From the NCBI RefSeq assembly GCF_009834535.1, contig NC_045697.1, positions 8,496,001 through 8,560,000 on the forward strand: 64,000 bases of DNA, read 5' to 3'. The position numbers were made by a program, and so were the translations under genes. This DNA is from Camelus ferus. Lineage: Eukaryota. Of this stretch, positions 47,471 to 61,669 are shown one piece after another. Each line of letters begins with the position of its first letter. Within the stretch, counting starts at the first letter, position 1. The notes below the pieces were generated by a model. That model was not told the DNA's origin, made no database searches, and saw nothing but the letters and a program-made list of their open reading frames with translations.

Positions 47471-50400
47471 GCAGGCTCATTAGACAGTGTTGAGTGGGAC
47501 TTCAGGAGAGTGTGCCATCCCCCTTTTGCTTTATTTCCAAGCATTAGATAATTTTTTCTAACAACTTCCTAGCGTTATTATGAAGAGTAAATATATGAAC
47601 CGGTCTGGGTGCAGAAATAAGTGCTACTTAAGTGTAGCACTAAACTTCCCGTGCCTTGGTTTCCTCACCTGTTAGATTTGAGTAGTATCCATGTCGTTCA
47701 CAGGAGGTCGTTGTAAAGATTTCAGAAGCTAACCCATATTAAGAATTAAGCACAGTGTTCTACACATAGAGGAGGCTCAGAATGCCTCCGGTCTTGGTGA
47801 AGGAACCAACAATGTTGACCAACAGTAGTCCCACCCCCTGTGGGATGGAGGAAGAAGGGGCCAGCATCTTCCCTCTTCACCCACCCCCTTGGCTCCTGCA
47901 TTTCAGGTGCAGATGGACGGATGGAAGCAAACCCACAGAGGCCCAGTGAGGACAACTCGGAGTGAGCAACGCCCTCCTTTGATGAGCGATCTGTCTCAAG
48001 TGAAATATCTCACATTTCCTCCCGTGGGGCAGAAGGAAAACGGGAACGTGCTGGACTGCGAGCCAGGGAGGCCAGAGGGAATGGAGGCTGGTGGAATGAT
48101 GCCTTGGGGGTTTCCTGCCATGGAAACCAAAAAGGCCGTTGCAGGTTTAAAGTCATCCTCGGTAGCCTTTTGTGGTTTAAAATAAATGTGCGAGGGCAAA
48201 TTCTTACTGGCCTCTTGTTAAATGCTGAACTCAAGATCTTCGTATCTTGATCTTGTCTCGTTTATTAAGTCTTTCCTGCCTCTCAAGGAGGCATTGTCCC
48301 TCTGTCTTTTGTGTCCCTGCCGCCCCTCCCCAGAACATCCAGTGGCAGTAATTCTGACACTTCATGGCACTCACTTTTGTTGCAGGTACAAGTCTCATGA
48401 GGGTCATGAATTGCACGTAGGTGAGAAATGTGCCTTTCTTTTCTGGAATTTAATATAATTTCTATTCTGAGCCACTGTTCCCTCCACGAGGCTCACATCA
48501 GTCAACATAGGGTTTCCCGACCCTCTGTGCCAGCATCTTACGCACAACTTGAGGCTGACATAGAACCAAAGCTATAGGAGCTACAGAGGCTGGGAGGACA
48601 GCTGCTCTTCAGCTGCCACCAAACCACACCTTCTCAGGTGGCATGTCCCGCATCCAAGAGGAGCCTCGGCAATTGGTTCCTACAGGACACTCCCGGGTCT
48701 ATCACATGTTCCACACTGAGAGCAATTTTCCTCTAAGTCTGTGCTGTTCTGTGCACACAGAAGCATTTTGTGTGGAGGACCCGTCAAAGCCATCCCAGAC
48801 CCATCACCCAGGTATCCCAGATAGCCATTTATATTCGACTCATAAAGCTTTTTCTGGAAATAATCTCTGGGCACAGGTATACACACGCACACAGCCCTCA
48901 GCACCTCTCACTTCTTCTCCAGTCAGGGTGCAGCCAGCCAAGCCTGCTTCCTCAGCCCAGAAAAGCTGAGTGCACCCAGACTGGTCACATGGATAATCAC
49001 TTAAAACTAATTACTCACTTGTGTCACAGAGATGGCCCCCAAACATCTGGTTCAGATAATCCACCCCCCTCCTCCCCCTCCTCCAGCCTGAAACGTTCTA
49101 CCAAATGTTGCAGGAAAAAATACAACCTGTGCAGCGTCGCAGCTGGTCGATGACCCAACGCTGCAGGCTGACACCCGGGAACAAATCTGCACCCGGCAGA
49201 GAAGATCTGATTTCAGTGTGGTCGTTTTCCATGATTCAGAGCCGAACGCTCCTACTTCCTCCCTCTCCCTCACCCCAAGGGAAGAATTTCACCCAGAAAT
49301 CAGACCCTAAACTCAAAGGAACTGGCACCAGGGAGGCTGCCCCAAGAACTTTGTGATACGGGCACTTTATGCTTTTCATGAAATCACTCCAAGGCACCTT
49401 ACTCTGTTCATTTGTTTATTTATTCAATAAACCTTTATTAGGACCCCTAACACATGCCAAGCTAAGCCCAGGGTGGTAAACAGTAAGAATTTCAGGAAAA
49501 GTCTGAAAGATCACCTATTACAAGCCTCTCTTGCTATAGAGTAGTCCCAGCGACACAGCTACTCAGGTGACATAGCCTGGTCTGGAACATCTCACACCCA
49601 CAGGGAAACTGAGGCCTGAGGCTCACAAGCACAGCTGGCTGAGGAGCTCAGCTCAGACACATAGACCTTCTCTCCAGCCTCTTTGAAGTTAACAGCCACC
49701 CCCAAGACCAAGGAGAAAACAGTAACTTCATTTTGCGCTGTCTTTTGTTATCACAGCAACTCCATGCATGCCAGAAAAGAGATCCTGGTTACTAACCTGG
49801 TTGCTGTTCAAAGGAATTTCAAAATGTCCAGACCCTCTAGGGCATTTGCCATGCTGAGATTTGTCTAATACTTATCTGCAGTTGTTACTTGGCTTTTTCC
49901 TTTGAGGGGCTTGCAAAGCACCTCAGTATTAGGGATGCCTGTGCTCCTTGCCTTCATTTTAATTCCAAACTCTCTTATGGTGCATCACGTCTATTTCCCC
50001 TCTGGACCTGGAGTGCTGTCCCTTATCCCTGTCTTGGTTCACACTCACAACCCCTCTCTTCACACCTTTTCACAACAATTTTCTAACTGAGTTTTTAGCT
50101 TCCATCTACTACTGTCATTGAAACGAGTTTCATAAAATGCAAATCTAATCAGAACCTTTGCCCACCCACCCCACTTAAGTCATCCTCCTCACGGCCTCCT
50201 CCAGCTAGAAATAATTCTGAAGAATTTCATTAGCAAGACCTTCCACGACCTGGCACCAACTGACCTCACCAGCTTCATCCTCCATCAGTCCCCACATCCC
50301 TCCCCCCAGCCCTACGATCTAGTGAAATTACATGCCACTCTATTCCCCACAACTGCTATCCTCTTTTGTGTTTTTATACCATCCCTCATACCCAGAACGC

Positions 50401-53214
50401 CTTCCTCCCACACCTCCACCTGGAAATCTCCAAGTCACCTTTCACCCCATTCGCTTGTCGCCGTGTTGGTAACTATTCACCATTACCCTAAGAAAGTGCA
50501 TTGTGATTTCCTCTACTCCTATATTTACCCATCTATCACATTGTTCGTGGTTTGCCAAACTAAGCCAAGAGTTCCTTATGGAACTAGGTGTTAGGAGCTG
50601 AATGGAGTTCATCATCCATTACTTATGATCTTGATACTATTATTTTATTGGTGACAAGATTGCATTTTTTATATCTCCATTTCTAATTCCTAACACAGTG
50701 CCATGGCATATAGTAAACATTCAAATTATGCCAGACGAGAGAGGGAGAGAGGGAAAGGAGGGAAAAAAAAGGGAAAAAGAAAGAGAAATAAAGGCAGGGA
50801 TGCTAGTGGCCCCAGCTCACCTATACTTTCTTTTCATTTCCTACCTCTGTCCGCATCTGACCATAACACTGTGTGTTCATTGGGCCATTTCTTAACTTTG
50901 GGGTCCTCCAGGTGAAGGGGCTGGAGTGACATGTGCAGTGCGAGGCAGAATTTTTTTCCTATATACTCCTGTCAAAGCCATCGATAAATTAGTTGAGTGG
51001 TTTTGACATTTTCTGCCTACTTGCTGATCTAAGCCTCTAAATAGAGCCTCTACAGTCCTTTCTTGCAGCCCATCTCAGTGTTTATAAGGTGGCAGAAGTT
51101 GTGGGGCTTACCTGTCGCTGGGCCAAGGTCAGATGGAGCAAAGCACAGCTTTATTAGACTTTGGAAAAGTTCCCAATAGGAGGCTCCTTCTCACATATAC
51201 ATGTCGTAGCTGGTAAAATACCTGCCAGCAGCTTCCAACCCCGCTGAAAGGGCGGCCGTGGCCAGTAACCCTCACCTAATATATCAACATAAATCTCATT
51301 CCTATCCCCTTTTATTCCTTACGCTTTCTCTCCACGGCTGGGCTGTACGAGGTCACCAGGAAATTGTTAGAGTTCCCGTCCCCCAGGACCAAGGAACACA
51401 CTTCACGTTTCATTTCTTGCTACTCAGACTCACCATGGTTGGGGATTGGGGGATTATGTCGGGGGCTCCTAGAACCAGGGGTACCTTAGAAATCAGCGAT
51501 CCCAGTTTCTCACTTTACAATGGAGGAAACGGGGGTGGCGGGGGGCGTGGGATGGCGGGGGGTTGCAGTCTGCCGGGGAATGAGCGCTCTGCTCTCATTC
51601 AGCAGAAGTAAACTGGTTTAAAAAGCATCAGAAAGCTGCTACCCACCTGGCTTTGCTCCCTCTGGGCACCAGAATCTTGACTGAAATAGACAATTCTATT
51701 TGCAGCACTCAGGAATGTCTACAGAATGAGATCCATAGAGATCTTTAACTCAAGACCTTATGACAACAGTGTTATTTCAAAAGCACTGACTTCATGCTCT
51801 AAAACAAAAACTAGCTTCATTTTTCTGGAATGATCATCGAGGCTTGTATTCCTACAAAAACAACCAGCTTCGAGTTCTTGCTAAGAGATGGATGAAAGTC
51901 CTGAGCTACAAAGAGTGAGGAAAGGCTCCCTGCTCTGGTCTGCTCTGAAGTCTGGTCTCCGTTCAGACGATGTTAACCCTCTGAGGGCCCCACAAGGTTC
52001 TCCTCCCCCATCATTGCCACATCCTGTCCTGAGTCCAGGTCATATTTTCAGCTTCAGCTTGTGCTCTGCTCTAAGCTTCTCTGCTACAGCAATAAAAGAC
52101 TAGTTTGACATTTGACAACTTTTTATGAAAACGTTAGTTGGGACGGGAGGGGGTGGGTGTCCAACATACAAATGGATTTGCTCCATTGGCTGGAAGCAGG
52201 GTGACTTGATATTTCCTGTGTAATATTAATAAACACTCACCCTAAGAGGAGCAGGCCAGGGTTTTTCCTGCTTAACCATTTCATGACTCTGTTCCAAGGA
52301 TGACATTGGCAGGGAGTAGTGAGTCCTTGGGGAGCTGTTGGGATTTCTTTTTTAATATAGCTTGATCTGATGCAATAACTTTCAGGGAAATAATTTACCT
52401 AAATTAAAAGAGTGATTTTCCCCTGGACAGTGCTCTAAATCCCAGCCTAATGAGATTCAGTCCCTTCGAAAGAGATTCAATCTACCAAGTGTTAGACTCA
52501 CAAGGCACTGAGCTAAAGACTTAGCATTACTATTATTTCATTTAATTCTCACAACCCTATGAGATGGATACTGTTATGATTACTGTCTTATGAATAAAGA
52601 TGCTAAGACTTAGAGAGGTTAAGCTGTGCAATATAATACATGTGTTAACAGGAAGAATTAGATCCACCTGGTGCTACAGCCAAAGCAGAGAATTTAATCA
52701 TTGTACCAAAATGCTCAGGACCCATAGTAATGGACAGTGCTGTACCTTTGTGTTGCAAAGATGCTTTAAATACAAGCCAGTTTCTTAGAAAGCACTCTTC
52801 CCTGACTACCATTCAAGTACCATCCTCTTCAGAACTGATGTGCAACCTCGTGCATCCTTTCATCTGTGCTATTGCTAAGTCTTTTGTCTTCAGTCTTCCA
52901 AAGTCTCAACACTTTGGCAAGTTGGTTTCTTGGCAAAGCCAGAAGTGACAGTAGACTGTATTAAACCCCAGGGTTTACCTGTGAAGGGGAAGGAGAGATC
53001 ATGACTTGAGTGACTGAGTGAGAGTTACATCCTGAATAAAGAGATTCATGTCTGAAAATTCAACTGAGTGTCTTTAAAGTCTGGGACACAAACATATGAA
53101 CCCAATTTGCCTCTTTCATATGCCCTTGAGTTTAAGTGTACTTGGCTTCATGTTTCACACTCTCTGATTATTCCCAATGCCAGGTCTTTATGCCTTTTCT
53201 ACCTGATTCCATAC

Positions 53215-56200
53215 TTCAGATTTGTTTTATTCTGCAGCTGTTGGATGGAGTGTTCTGTAGTGGTAGGTTAGATCTACTTGATTTATAATGTTGTTCAAAT
53301 CTTCAGTTTCCTTGTTGATCTTCCTTCTAAAGTTCTGTTCATTATTCAAAGTGAAGTATTGAAGTCTCCAGCTATTATTGTTGAATTGCTTATATCTTTC
53401 TTCAGTTCCGTCTGTTTTTACTTTATGTGTTTTGAGCTCTATTGTTAGGTTTACTTTCCATATACCTAGTGTTCACAGCAGCATTATTTACAATAGTCAA
53501 GATATCAAAGCAATCTAAGTGCCCATCAACAGATGAGTGGATAAAGATGTGAGATATATATATATATGTTTATGTAAAATATATATGGTGGAATATTACT
53601 CAGCCATAAAAAAGGATAAAATTCTGCCATTTGCAACAATGTGGATAGGCCTAAATAGTATTATGCTTAGTGAAATGTCAGAGAGAGACAAATACTCTTT
53701 TATATGTGGAATCTAAAAATTTTTTTTTAATTGAATGTGTATAACAAAGCAGAAACAGACTCAAAGATATAGAGAAACAAACTAGTGGTTACCAGTGGAG
53801 ACAGGAAAGTTGGGAGGGGCAAGATAGAAGTGTAAGATTAAGAGACACAAACTATAAGCAAAAAGGATATATTGTACAAGGCAGGGAAATATAGACATTA
53901 TTTTGTAATAATTTTAAATGGAGTATAATCTATAAAAATACTGAATCACTGTATTGTATACCTGGAACTAATATAATATTATACATCAACTATACTGACA
54001 TAAAATAAATAAATAAATATAGATTTAATAAATTATATATTTATAATTATTATAACTTCCTGGGAAATCAGCCCTTTTATCTACATATAATACCCTTATC
54101 TCTTGTAATAGCTTTTTTTTCACTTAAAGTCTACTTTATCTAATATTATTATAGCCACTCAGCTCTCTTTTGTTACTGTTTTCATGGCATCACTTTTTCA
54201 ATCCTTTTACTTTCAACCTATTTTTGTCTTTAAATTTAAGTGTGTCTCTTGTAGACAGCATATAATTGAATTTTTTAAATCTATTCTGTCCATCTCTGTC
54301 TTTTAATTAGAATACTTAACACATTTTACATTCAATGTAATTACTGATAAGGTAGGATTTATGTCTGCTGTTTTGTTATTTGTTTTCTGTAAGTCTTATG
54401 TCCTTTTTATTTCTCTATCTTAAATCATTGCATTCTTTTGTGTTAAATAGATATTTTTTAGTCTCATACTTTAATTCCTTTGTTTCTTTCACTATTTTTT
54501 CCAGCCATTTTCTTAGTAGTTTCCCTGGGAATTACAATGTATTTTTTTAATTTATAATAATTTAGCTCAGATTAATACCAACTTAATTTCAATAGTATAC
54601 AAAAGTTTGCTTTTCTATAACACCATTCTCTCACTCCTCCTTAGTGTTTTTATTGTCAAGCAAATGCACATCCTCATACAATGTATGCCCATTAATACAG
54701 ATATGTAATTATTGATTTATGCCATTGTCTTTTAAATCAGACAAGAGAAAAAGTTACAAACAAAAAATACATTTATACTGTGTTTTATATTTACTCATAT
54801 AGTTACCTTTACTGATGCTCTATATTTCATATGCAGAATTTAAGCTACTCTCAGATGCCTTTTATTTCAGCCTGAAGGACCCCTTTAGTATTTTTATAAG
54901 GCAGATCTGTTATTGAAAAATTTCCTCAGTTATGTTTATCTTGGAATGTCTTAATTTCACCTTCATTTTGGAAATATAGTTGTGTAGGGTAAAGTATTCT
55001 TGTTTGATATTATTTTCTTTCAGTACCTTGAATATGCCATCCCACTGCCTTCTGGACTTCATGGTTTCTGATGAGAAATCAGCTGTTAATCTTACTCAGG
55101 GTCCTTTGTACATGATTGGTCACTTCTCTTCTGCTGTTCTCAAGATCTTCTCTTTATCTTTGATTATAATGTGTAAAAGTGTGTATCTCTTCAAGTTTAG
55201 CTTATTTGGAGTTCATTAAGCTTCTTTGATGTGTACATTAAAGTTTTTAAAATTATGTTGGGGAAGTTTTCAGCCATTATTTCTTCAAATATTATTTCTA
55301 CCCCTCCTAACTCCCCTACCCTACACATCCTTTTGAGACTCCTATTATATGTATGTTGGTATACTTGATGGGTGTTCCATGGGTTTCTCAGGCTCTGTTC
55401 ATTTTTCTTCTTTTTCTTTTATGTTCTTCAGATGGAATAATTTAAATTACCTATCTTCAAATTTCCTAATTTTTCCTTTTTCCCTGTGCAAATCTGATGT
55501 TGATACCCTGTAGTGAATTGTTCATTTCAGGTATTGTAATTTTCAACTTCAGAATTTCCACTTGGCTCCTTTTTCTAATTTTTCATTTTTTTGTTGATAT
55601 TATTTTGGTAAGACATGATTCTCATGCTTTCTTTTAGTTCTTTAGACATGCTTTCCTTGAAATCCTTGAATATATTTTAAATAGCTGATTTAAGTTCTTT
55701 GTCTTTTAAGTTTAAAATCTAGGCTTCCTCAGTTTCTAGTGACTACATGTTTTCTGTGTAAGGGCCACACTTTCTTGTTCTCTGCATACCCTTTTTTTTT
55801 TTTTTTTTTTTATCAAAGCTGAATATTTTTTAAAATGTGGCAATTTTGGAAATCAGATTCTTCTCCCATCTGCCAACCAGGGTTTGTTGTTACCGTTTAT
55901 TGTTGCTATCATTTGTTTAGTGACTCTACTGAACTAATTCTGTAAAGCCTGTGTTCTTTGACATGGGTCAATAGTGAAGTCTCTACTTTGTTAGTTTAGT
56001 GGTCAGCTAATAATTAGACATAGATTTCCTTAAATTCCTGGAACCAATAAGTTCCCTAGTCTTTGCCAAAAAGTCCTGTGTGCATGCTTAACATGCCCTC
56101 AACACTCAGGCAGTTAACAACTTCACCTTAGCCTTCAGTTTCCCCCTGAGAAGAACCTCAAAACCAGCCACAGATAAGAGCTTACAGCCTTCTCAGGTCT

Positions 56201-56825
56201 TTCTTGCATATGAGCTACTAGATTTTCAGGAATATGTCAAAGCTCTTGAAAGCTCTGTGTGAAGATCTTATTCTCAAGCTTTTCCTTTAAGCTTTTCAGT
56301 TAGCCCATTATTTGCCCAAATTGTTAGCTACTGTCTTAGGAAGCCACAATATTAAGCAATTGTCCTTTATTGTTTTCAACAAGTGCTCTGTGGTAAAGAC
56401 TTTTTATGCTAAGCAAGCTAAGGACAGCCTTGAGAATGGAGTCTTCCAGGATACCACCAGACTAATTAGATAATGTCAATGCTCTGGAAATAGGGTTTTG
56501 AAATGGTTCCAATCCTGTTTTGCACCCTCTAGTGGATGACAGACTGCTAGTTTTCACTAATATTACAGGTTGTTAGTTTCAAGGTTCCCATGGAGCTAAA
56601 AATGAGGGAATGGAAAGAGGAAAAATTAAAATTTCACTGTTCATATCAAATTTTCATACCCGGATTCAGTTGTGTTTCTTGAATACATGCTCCTCAGGTT
56701 GCTTCAAGCCTTTAGTTAATTTCCACAGTTTTGAAAGAGTTAATTCTGACAATTCTTGCCAGTGTTCTCATGGCTTTTATGAAGGAAAGGATCTTCAGAG
56801 ATTCTTATTCCATAATTTTTACTAA
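53215..56825 (-). mobile_element. Ancient L1M element (endonuclease region, ORF1 and 5' region), degenerate
   Basis: Antisense L1 hallmarks gtattgaagtctccagctattattgttg, tcttgtagacagcatat, gtttctgatgagaaatcagctgttaatctt, ttggggaagttttcagccattatttcttcaaata. Confidence 0.85.
53460..54020 (+). mobile_element. Younger L1 3' end nested inside the old L1M
   Basis: tgttcacagcagcattatttacaatagtcaag, ctgccatttgcaacaatgtggat, 3'UTR and (AAAT)n tail. Confidence 0.88.
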
Positions 56826-57354
56826 GGTCCAACCCAGACTCATTTTATAACAATGTTTCTTTGCTCTGTTTGACCCATTTGAGTTTATTGCTGCTCTGTT
56901 TCTACTCCTTTTAATTCCAGTTCCCTCATTTCCCACTTTCAAGCAAAACATATTTTTCTGCTTCAAATCTTTTGAATATTCCTTTATTTCCACTGCCAAT
57001 GGCCTTACCTAGAAGTTTTACCATCTCTCACCCAGATTACTCTGACAGTGTCCAAATTGGTTCCTTTGTAGCATGTCTTATTCTCTTCTGATCTATTCAC
57101 TATTCCACAGGTAGATCGATTATTTCAAAACATATGACTGTGTTTTCCCTTGCTTAAGCCCCTCCATTGAGCCACATCATCTACAGGATAAAGTCTAGTT
57201 ATCACCATGGCAGGGTATAAAATGCCCTCTTGATTTAGCCCTGAATCTCCACTCTGACCTAGCAGTTTTTACCCTAGCCATATACAAATATGCAATTCCT
57301 TATAAATTCTGCACTCTTTCATTGACATTTTTGTCTTTTGTTCTCCTAGTAGCT

Positions 57355-57700
57355 TAATTCATTCATTCAATGCACATTTTCTAAATACCTACTATATGTC
57401 AGGCCCTATGTGAGACAGAGGGGGAAAGGAAATAAGCAAGACAGGCAAAGTTCCTCTCCCCATGGATGTCACATCGCAGGAAGAAACTGACAATAACCAA
57501 ATAAATTAATAAAAAACTGGATAATTACAGAATTCTGTAACTGCATCAAGGGATGATAGTAACAGGAGAAACCTTCATTAATTGGTTTAGAAAGAAAAGT
57601 CCTCTCTAAAAAGTATTTGAGCTGAGACTTAAAGGATGACACAGAGCCAATAAGTCATGAGAAGAAAGACTGTACAAAATCTCTGAGACCAAAGTGAAGC
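57355..57700 (-). mobile_element. L2 LINE 3' end
   Basis: attcattcattcaa...acctactatatgtcaggccct, tttgagctgagacttaaaggatga. Confidence 0.7.
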
Positions 57701-58349
57701 CCAGATAGAGATTAAAACTGGGAAAACCTGTCCCAGAGACCTCCACACATTCCAGTGAACACACACACATGCTCACACATGCGCACACTTAACTAAGTTC
57801 CTCAAGTGAGTGACTGCTGAATGGCCCAGCTGACAGATGGGAAATGCTTGCTCAGAGCTCTGACAAGGGGAAGTCTGTGGGAAAAGGTGCTGTTATTTAG
57901 CTGGCCCACCCCTGCTGAGTGAGTCCAAAGTTTCCCTTGGATTCATTCCCACCTGAACTTCCACCCTTATGAGCTAAAAAGGCCTTTAACGTTCATGTTT
58001 TATACAAAGCAAGAGATGAGGATTAAATAGCAGCTGCTTAGGGGTAGGTGTAGAGAAGAAACGCATATATGCTTGGCTATAAAGTGATTATATTTTTAAA
58101 AAGAAACTTAAGACCCTCCATCCATGCTTCTCAGAGTTGTGATCCGGTTAAGGAGTGTTGGGTAAGCAAAGCGCTTTAAGAGAGATGGCAAGAGGAATGA
58201 GTAAGTGTTCCACGAGGAGGGTGACTCCAGAGGTGACAGACTCTTGCAGCTGAGTGTCCAGCCCGCAAACACAGACCCCGCTGACACTGAGGATTTCTTG
58301 CAGAAGTCGAACGACAGCCTGATGGTCCTGGGAAATTCCTCCTGATGCT

Positions 58350-58883
58350 GGCACTCAGTAAATAACTATTGAGTACCTACAACATGCCAACCCCTTCTCT
58401 AGGTCAAAAGATACATCACTGAACAAGTAAGAATCACTTGTAGAATTATATTCTAGTAAGTAGAAAAATAGACAATAAGTAAATAAATAGGTAACATAAA
58501 GAATGTGTCAAATGTTAGTAAGTGCTGTGGAGAAAAACTAAAGGAGAAAAGGGAATTAAGAAGGGGTTGCACTGGACCTGTGGGTTGCTTTGGGTAGTAC
58601 AGCCATTTTGATGATGTTGATTCTTCCAATCCAAGAGCACAAGATAGCTTTCCATTTCTTTGTATCATCTTCAATTTCCTTCATCAATGTTTTCCAGTTT
58701 TCAAAGTATAGGTAACCTCCTTGGTTAAGTTTATTTCTAGGTATTTTGTTGTTTTTGATGCAGTGGAAATGTTTATGCCAGTTGTAAAATTTTGGCTTTT
58801 GAAGTGAAAAGAAGAAAAAAAAGTGAATAAAGGGCCGCAAGTGGCAAAATATCCTTCTTTCTTTTGGGTGAGTTGTATTCCAT

Positions 58884-58914
<31 letters not shown>

Positions 58915-60110
58915 AGATATATATATATATATATATACGCATGCGGCATCTTCTTTATCCATTCATCTATTGATGTGCGTTAAGGATGCTTTCATATATT
59001 GGCAATTATAAAGACTTTTGCTGTTAATAGTGGGGTACATATATCTCTGGGAATTCATTCTTATTTTATTTTGTGGTTGGCTTTATTCCTTTGATAACTA
59101 TGTAAGTTTAAAAACCTAAAGCTCTAAACATTCTTAGAAACAATGAATAGTACATATAAGTAAATTTAAAAAATGTGCAGTATATTGTGCATATGTATTT
59201 ACATGCAATATATTGTGTATGTGCAGTCAATGTAACAATTCTACCTAATAAAACAGAAAAATGGGGGGAGAAAAAGAAGGGCTAAGAAGTTCTGCTCCCA
59301 GCCAAGATGGAGTAACGTGAGCCATATTTACCCTTCCACTTAAAACAACTAGACTATCTGGGCAAAATATATAAAACAATGGTTTTCAAGTCTTTGGATA
59401 TCAGGTGATGAGTGATGGATGAGAGATAAGAAATAAAGTGAGCTTGCTACCTGGAGAGCAAGCTGGGGTTTGCTGGGGTGCAGGGAGGAGGAACACAGGT
59501 GGAGCCCAGCATACTCTCTGATTTGAGAAGGTGGAGCTAAGATTCTGAGAAGACAAAGGCAGCTAGAGTTTTCAGGATAGAGTTCCAGAGAAGACAGCCA
59601 TTCAGAAAACTCTGGAGATCTTCAAAGGATCCACCTCAAGCATTTAGCAGATACTGGTCAGCATATTCATGTGAAGAAGCTACCTAAGGCTGGGAAAAGA
59701 ACAAGGAACATGTGTCTGGAGTGTTCAAGGTGCAGCAAAAAGCCTGTGGTGACCCAGGAGAGAACAGTAGGAGAAGAAATCAGAGAGTCTGAGGTACAGG
59801 GGGACTGCTCAGGTAGGGACTTATAAACCATTGGAAGGACTTTGAGTTTTGCTCCAATGAGATGGGAGCCATAGGAGAATTTTGAACAACAAAGTGGCAT
59901 AATTCGTCTTATGTTTGAATTTTAAAGAACCACTCTGGAATTGAATGGAGAATAGATTTTAGAAGTAAGAGTAAAAGCAATGGAGCACTTTGGAGATTAT
60001 TCTTATAATCCAAGCAGGAGTTCGTGGTGGCCATGACCATGGTATACCAGTGGAGGTGGTGAGAATGTAGCAGATTCTGGCTGTCTTTTGGAAAAAAGCA
60101 ACAAGATTTG
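58350..60110 (-). mobile_element. L2 element fragmented by several L1 insertions
   Basis: L2 pieces at about 58350-58560 and 59705-60110; between them an L1 ORF2 fragment (58566-58771, -, [39 protein letters not shown]), an L1 3' fragment (58838-59060, -) and an old L1M 5'-end-like piece (59290-59700, +). Confidence 0.75.
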
Positions 60111-60111
60111 T

Positions 60112-61275
60112 TAATGGTTTATTCCAGAAAGTAAGACTGTCTTAATATTAGGAAATCTTTCAAGCGGACTTGACTTCTGTCTTATTCCTATTTATCCATT
60201 CATCAGATGCCACAAGCAAACTTAGGGCTTTCTCAAAGAAAGACCAGTCACCCTCTCTCTTTCTCTTTCACACGTCTTCTTTTAATGGGACTGGGGTGTA
60301 AAGATCTGAGACTTGGCTTCAGTTTGGGTTTAGTGAAAAAGAAGTAATAGTTTTCTTTTCAAACTTTAGTCTGAACCAAATTAGCTTAGGAAAAATTAGT
60401 GTTCTATGTGGCCCAGCCTTGCCTTCCAGTTCTTTAAATTGGAATGTGATCCTCTTTGTAATTATTCTTTGTGCATATTTCCCCTTTAGGAACATTTTTA
60501 GGAGGGTGACAAAAACTTGAGATAGGATTGAGGTATTCCTGGTTCTTCTGACCAATTGCCATAATATTATTCCAGATCCACATATTATTTCTAACACAAT
60601 ATTATTAATATAATTAATCACATCATGAATTAACAGAATAAAATTATATAGTCACTTTAACAAATTCTTGTATAATGTATAATAAAATTCAAAATCCATT
60701 ATTGTTTACTTTAAATCTTAGTAAAAATGAATAGAAGACTATTTCTTTAACATGACAAAAGATATTGATCTAAAAATTAATTGACAGAATTATTCCTAGC
60801 TATAGTATATCAGATGAATTCCTATGAAAGTCAAGGACAAGACAAGAACAACAGGTTCCGCCTATTTTATTTACCAGTCTTGTGTAACTTCTAGATAATA
60901 CCATAAGATAAAATAAAGAAATAAGACTTTAAAATGTCTCATGTGCTTATAAATGTATAAATGTCTTATAAATAAAAGCTTTATTTATCTGAGGCATATA
61001 TAGTTGTATACCTAGAAAACACACAAAAATATTAAATGAATAACTTTTGAAGTAATAAGATAGTTCAATAACATAACTGTTAAAAATACATATTTTAAAA
61101 GTTTTCCTGTATGTCTGAAATAATTGTAAGATGTAATACAAAAAGATCCCTTTTACAATAACAAAAATACTTTAAATTCCTATGAATAGACCTAAAAAGA
61201 AATTTGCTGCATTCATATTAAGAGTACTTGTATGCTATTTATAGAATTTATGCTATATTGACATAATACAATGTG
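60112..61275 (+). mobile_element. Very old L1 (L1ME-like) ORF2 fragment, interrupted at about 60159-60603
   Basis: ggtttattccagaa..ttaatattaggaaatct | attaatataattaatcaca..taaaattcaaaatccatt..aagtcaaggacaagacaaga..tgtatacctagaaaac. Confidence 0.65.
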
Positions 61276-61669
61276 CAAATTAACACTTTGACCTGAAAGA
61301 ATCAAAGGGAAAGAGATAATATTAGAGACTGGAAGGTCAGTTGAGAGGCCATTGGTATATTCTAGGCAAGAGATGATAAGGCTCTGAACTAGCAAAGTAG
61401 CAATAGATACAGTAAGGAGGAAGAAAACTGACTGATATTTAAGAGCTAGAATTTGACAGAATCACCACAGGAGGTGATCAATAGTGAATGGAGTTTCTAA
61501 ACAAATTTGCACTAGCTCATAGCATAGAGAATGGTCTTGAAAGTCAAGACTTGCGAGTGCATGATCAAAACTTGAAAGAGGAATTTTTTTTTTCAATTCC
61601 AAAAGTTTAGCTTGGAATACCAAGAGCCGGGCTCCAAAAGATTCTGTACATAAAATTGATACTATAAAC

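Noticed and set aside
60319..60621. Endogenous bornavirus, filovirus or papillomavirus protein
   Set aside because: Compared from memory with bornavirus N/M and papillomavirus L2 C-termini without a convincing match; kept only as an unexplained insert pending BLASTX.
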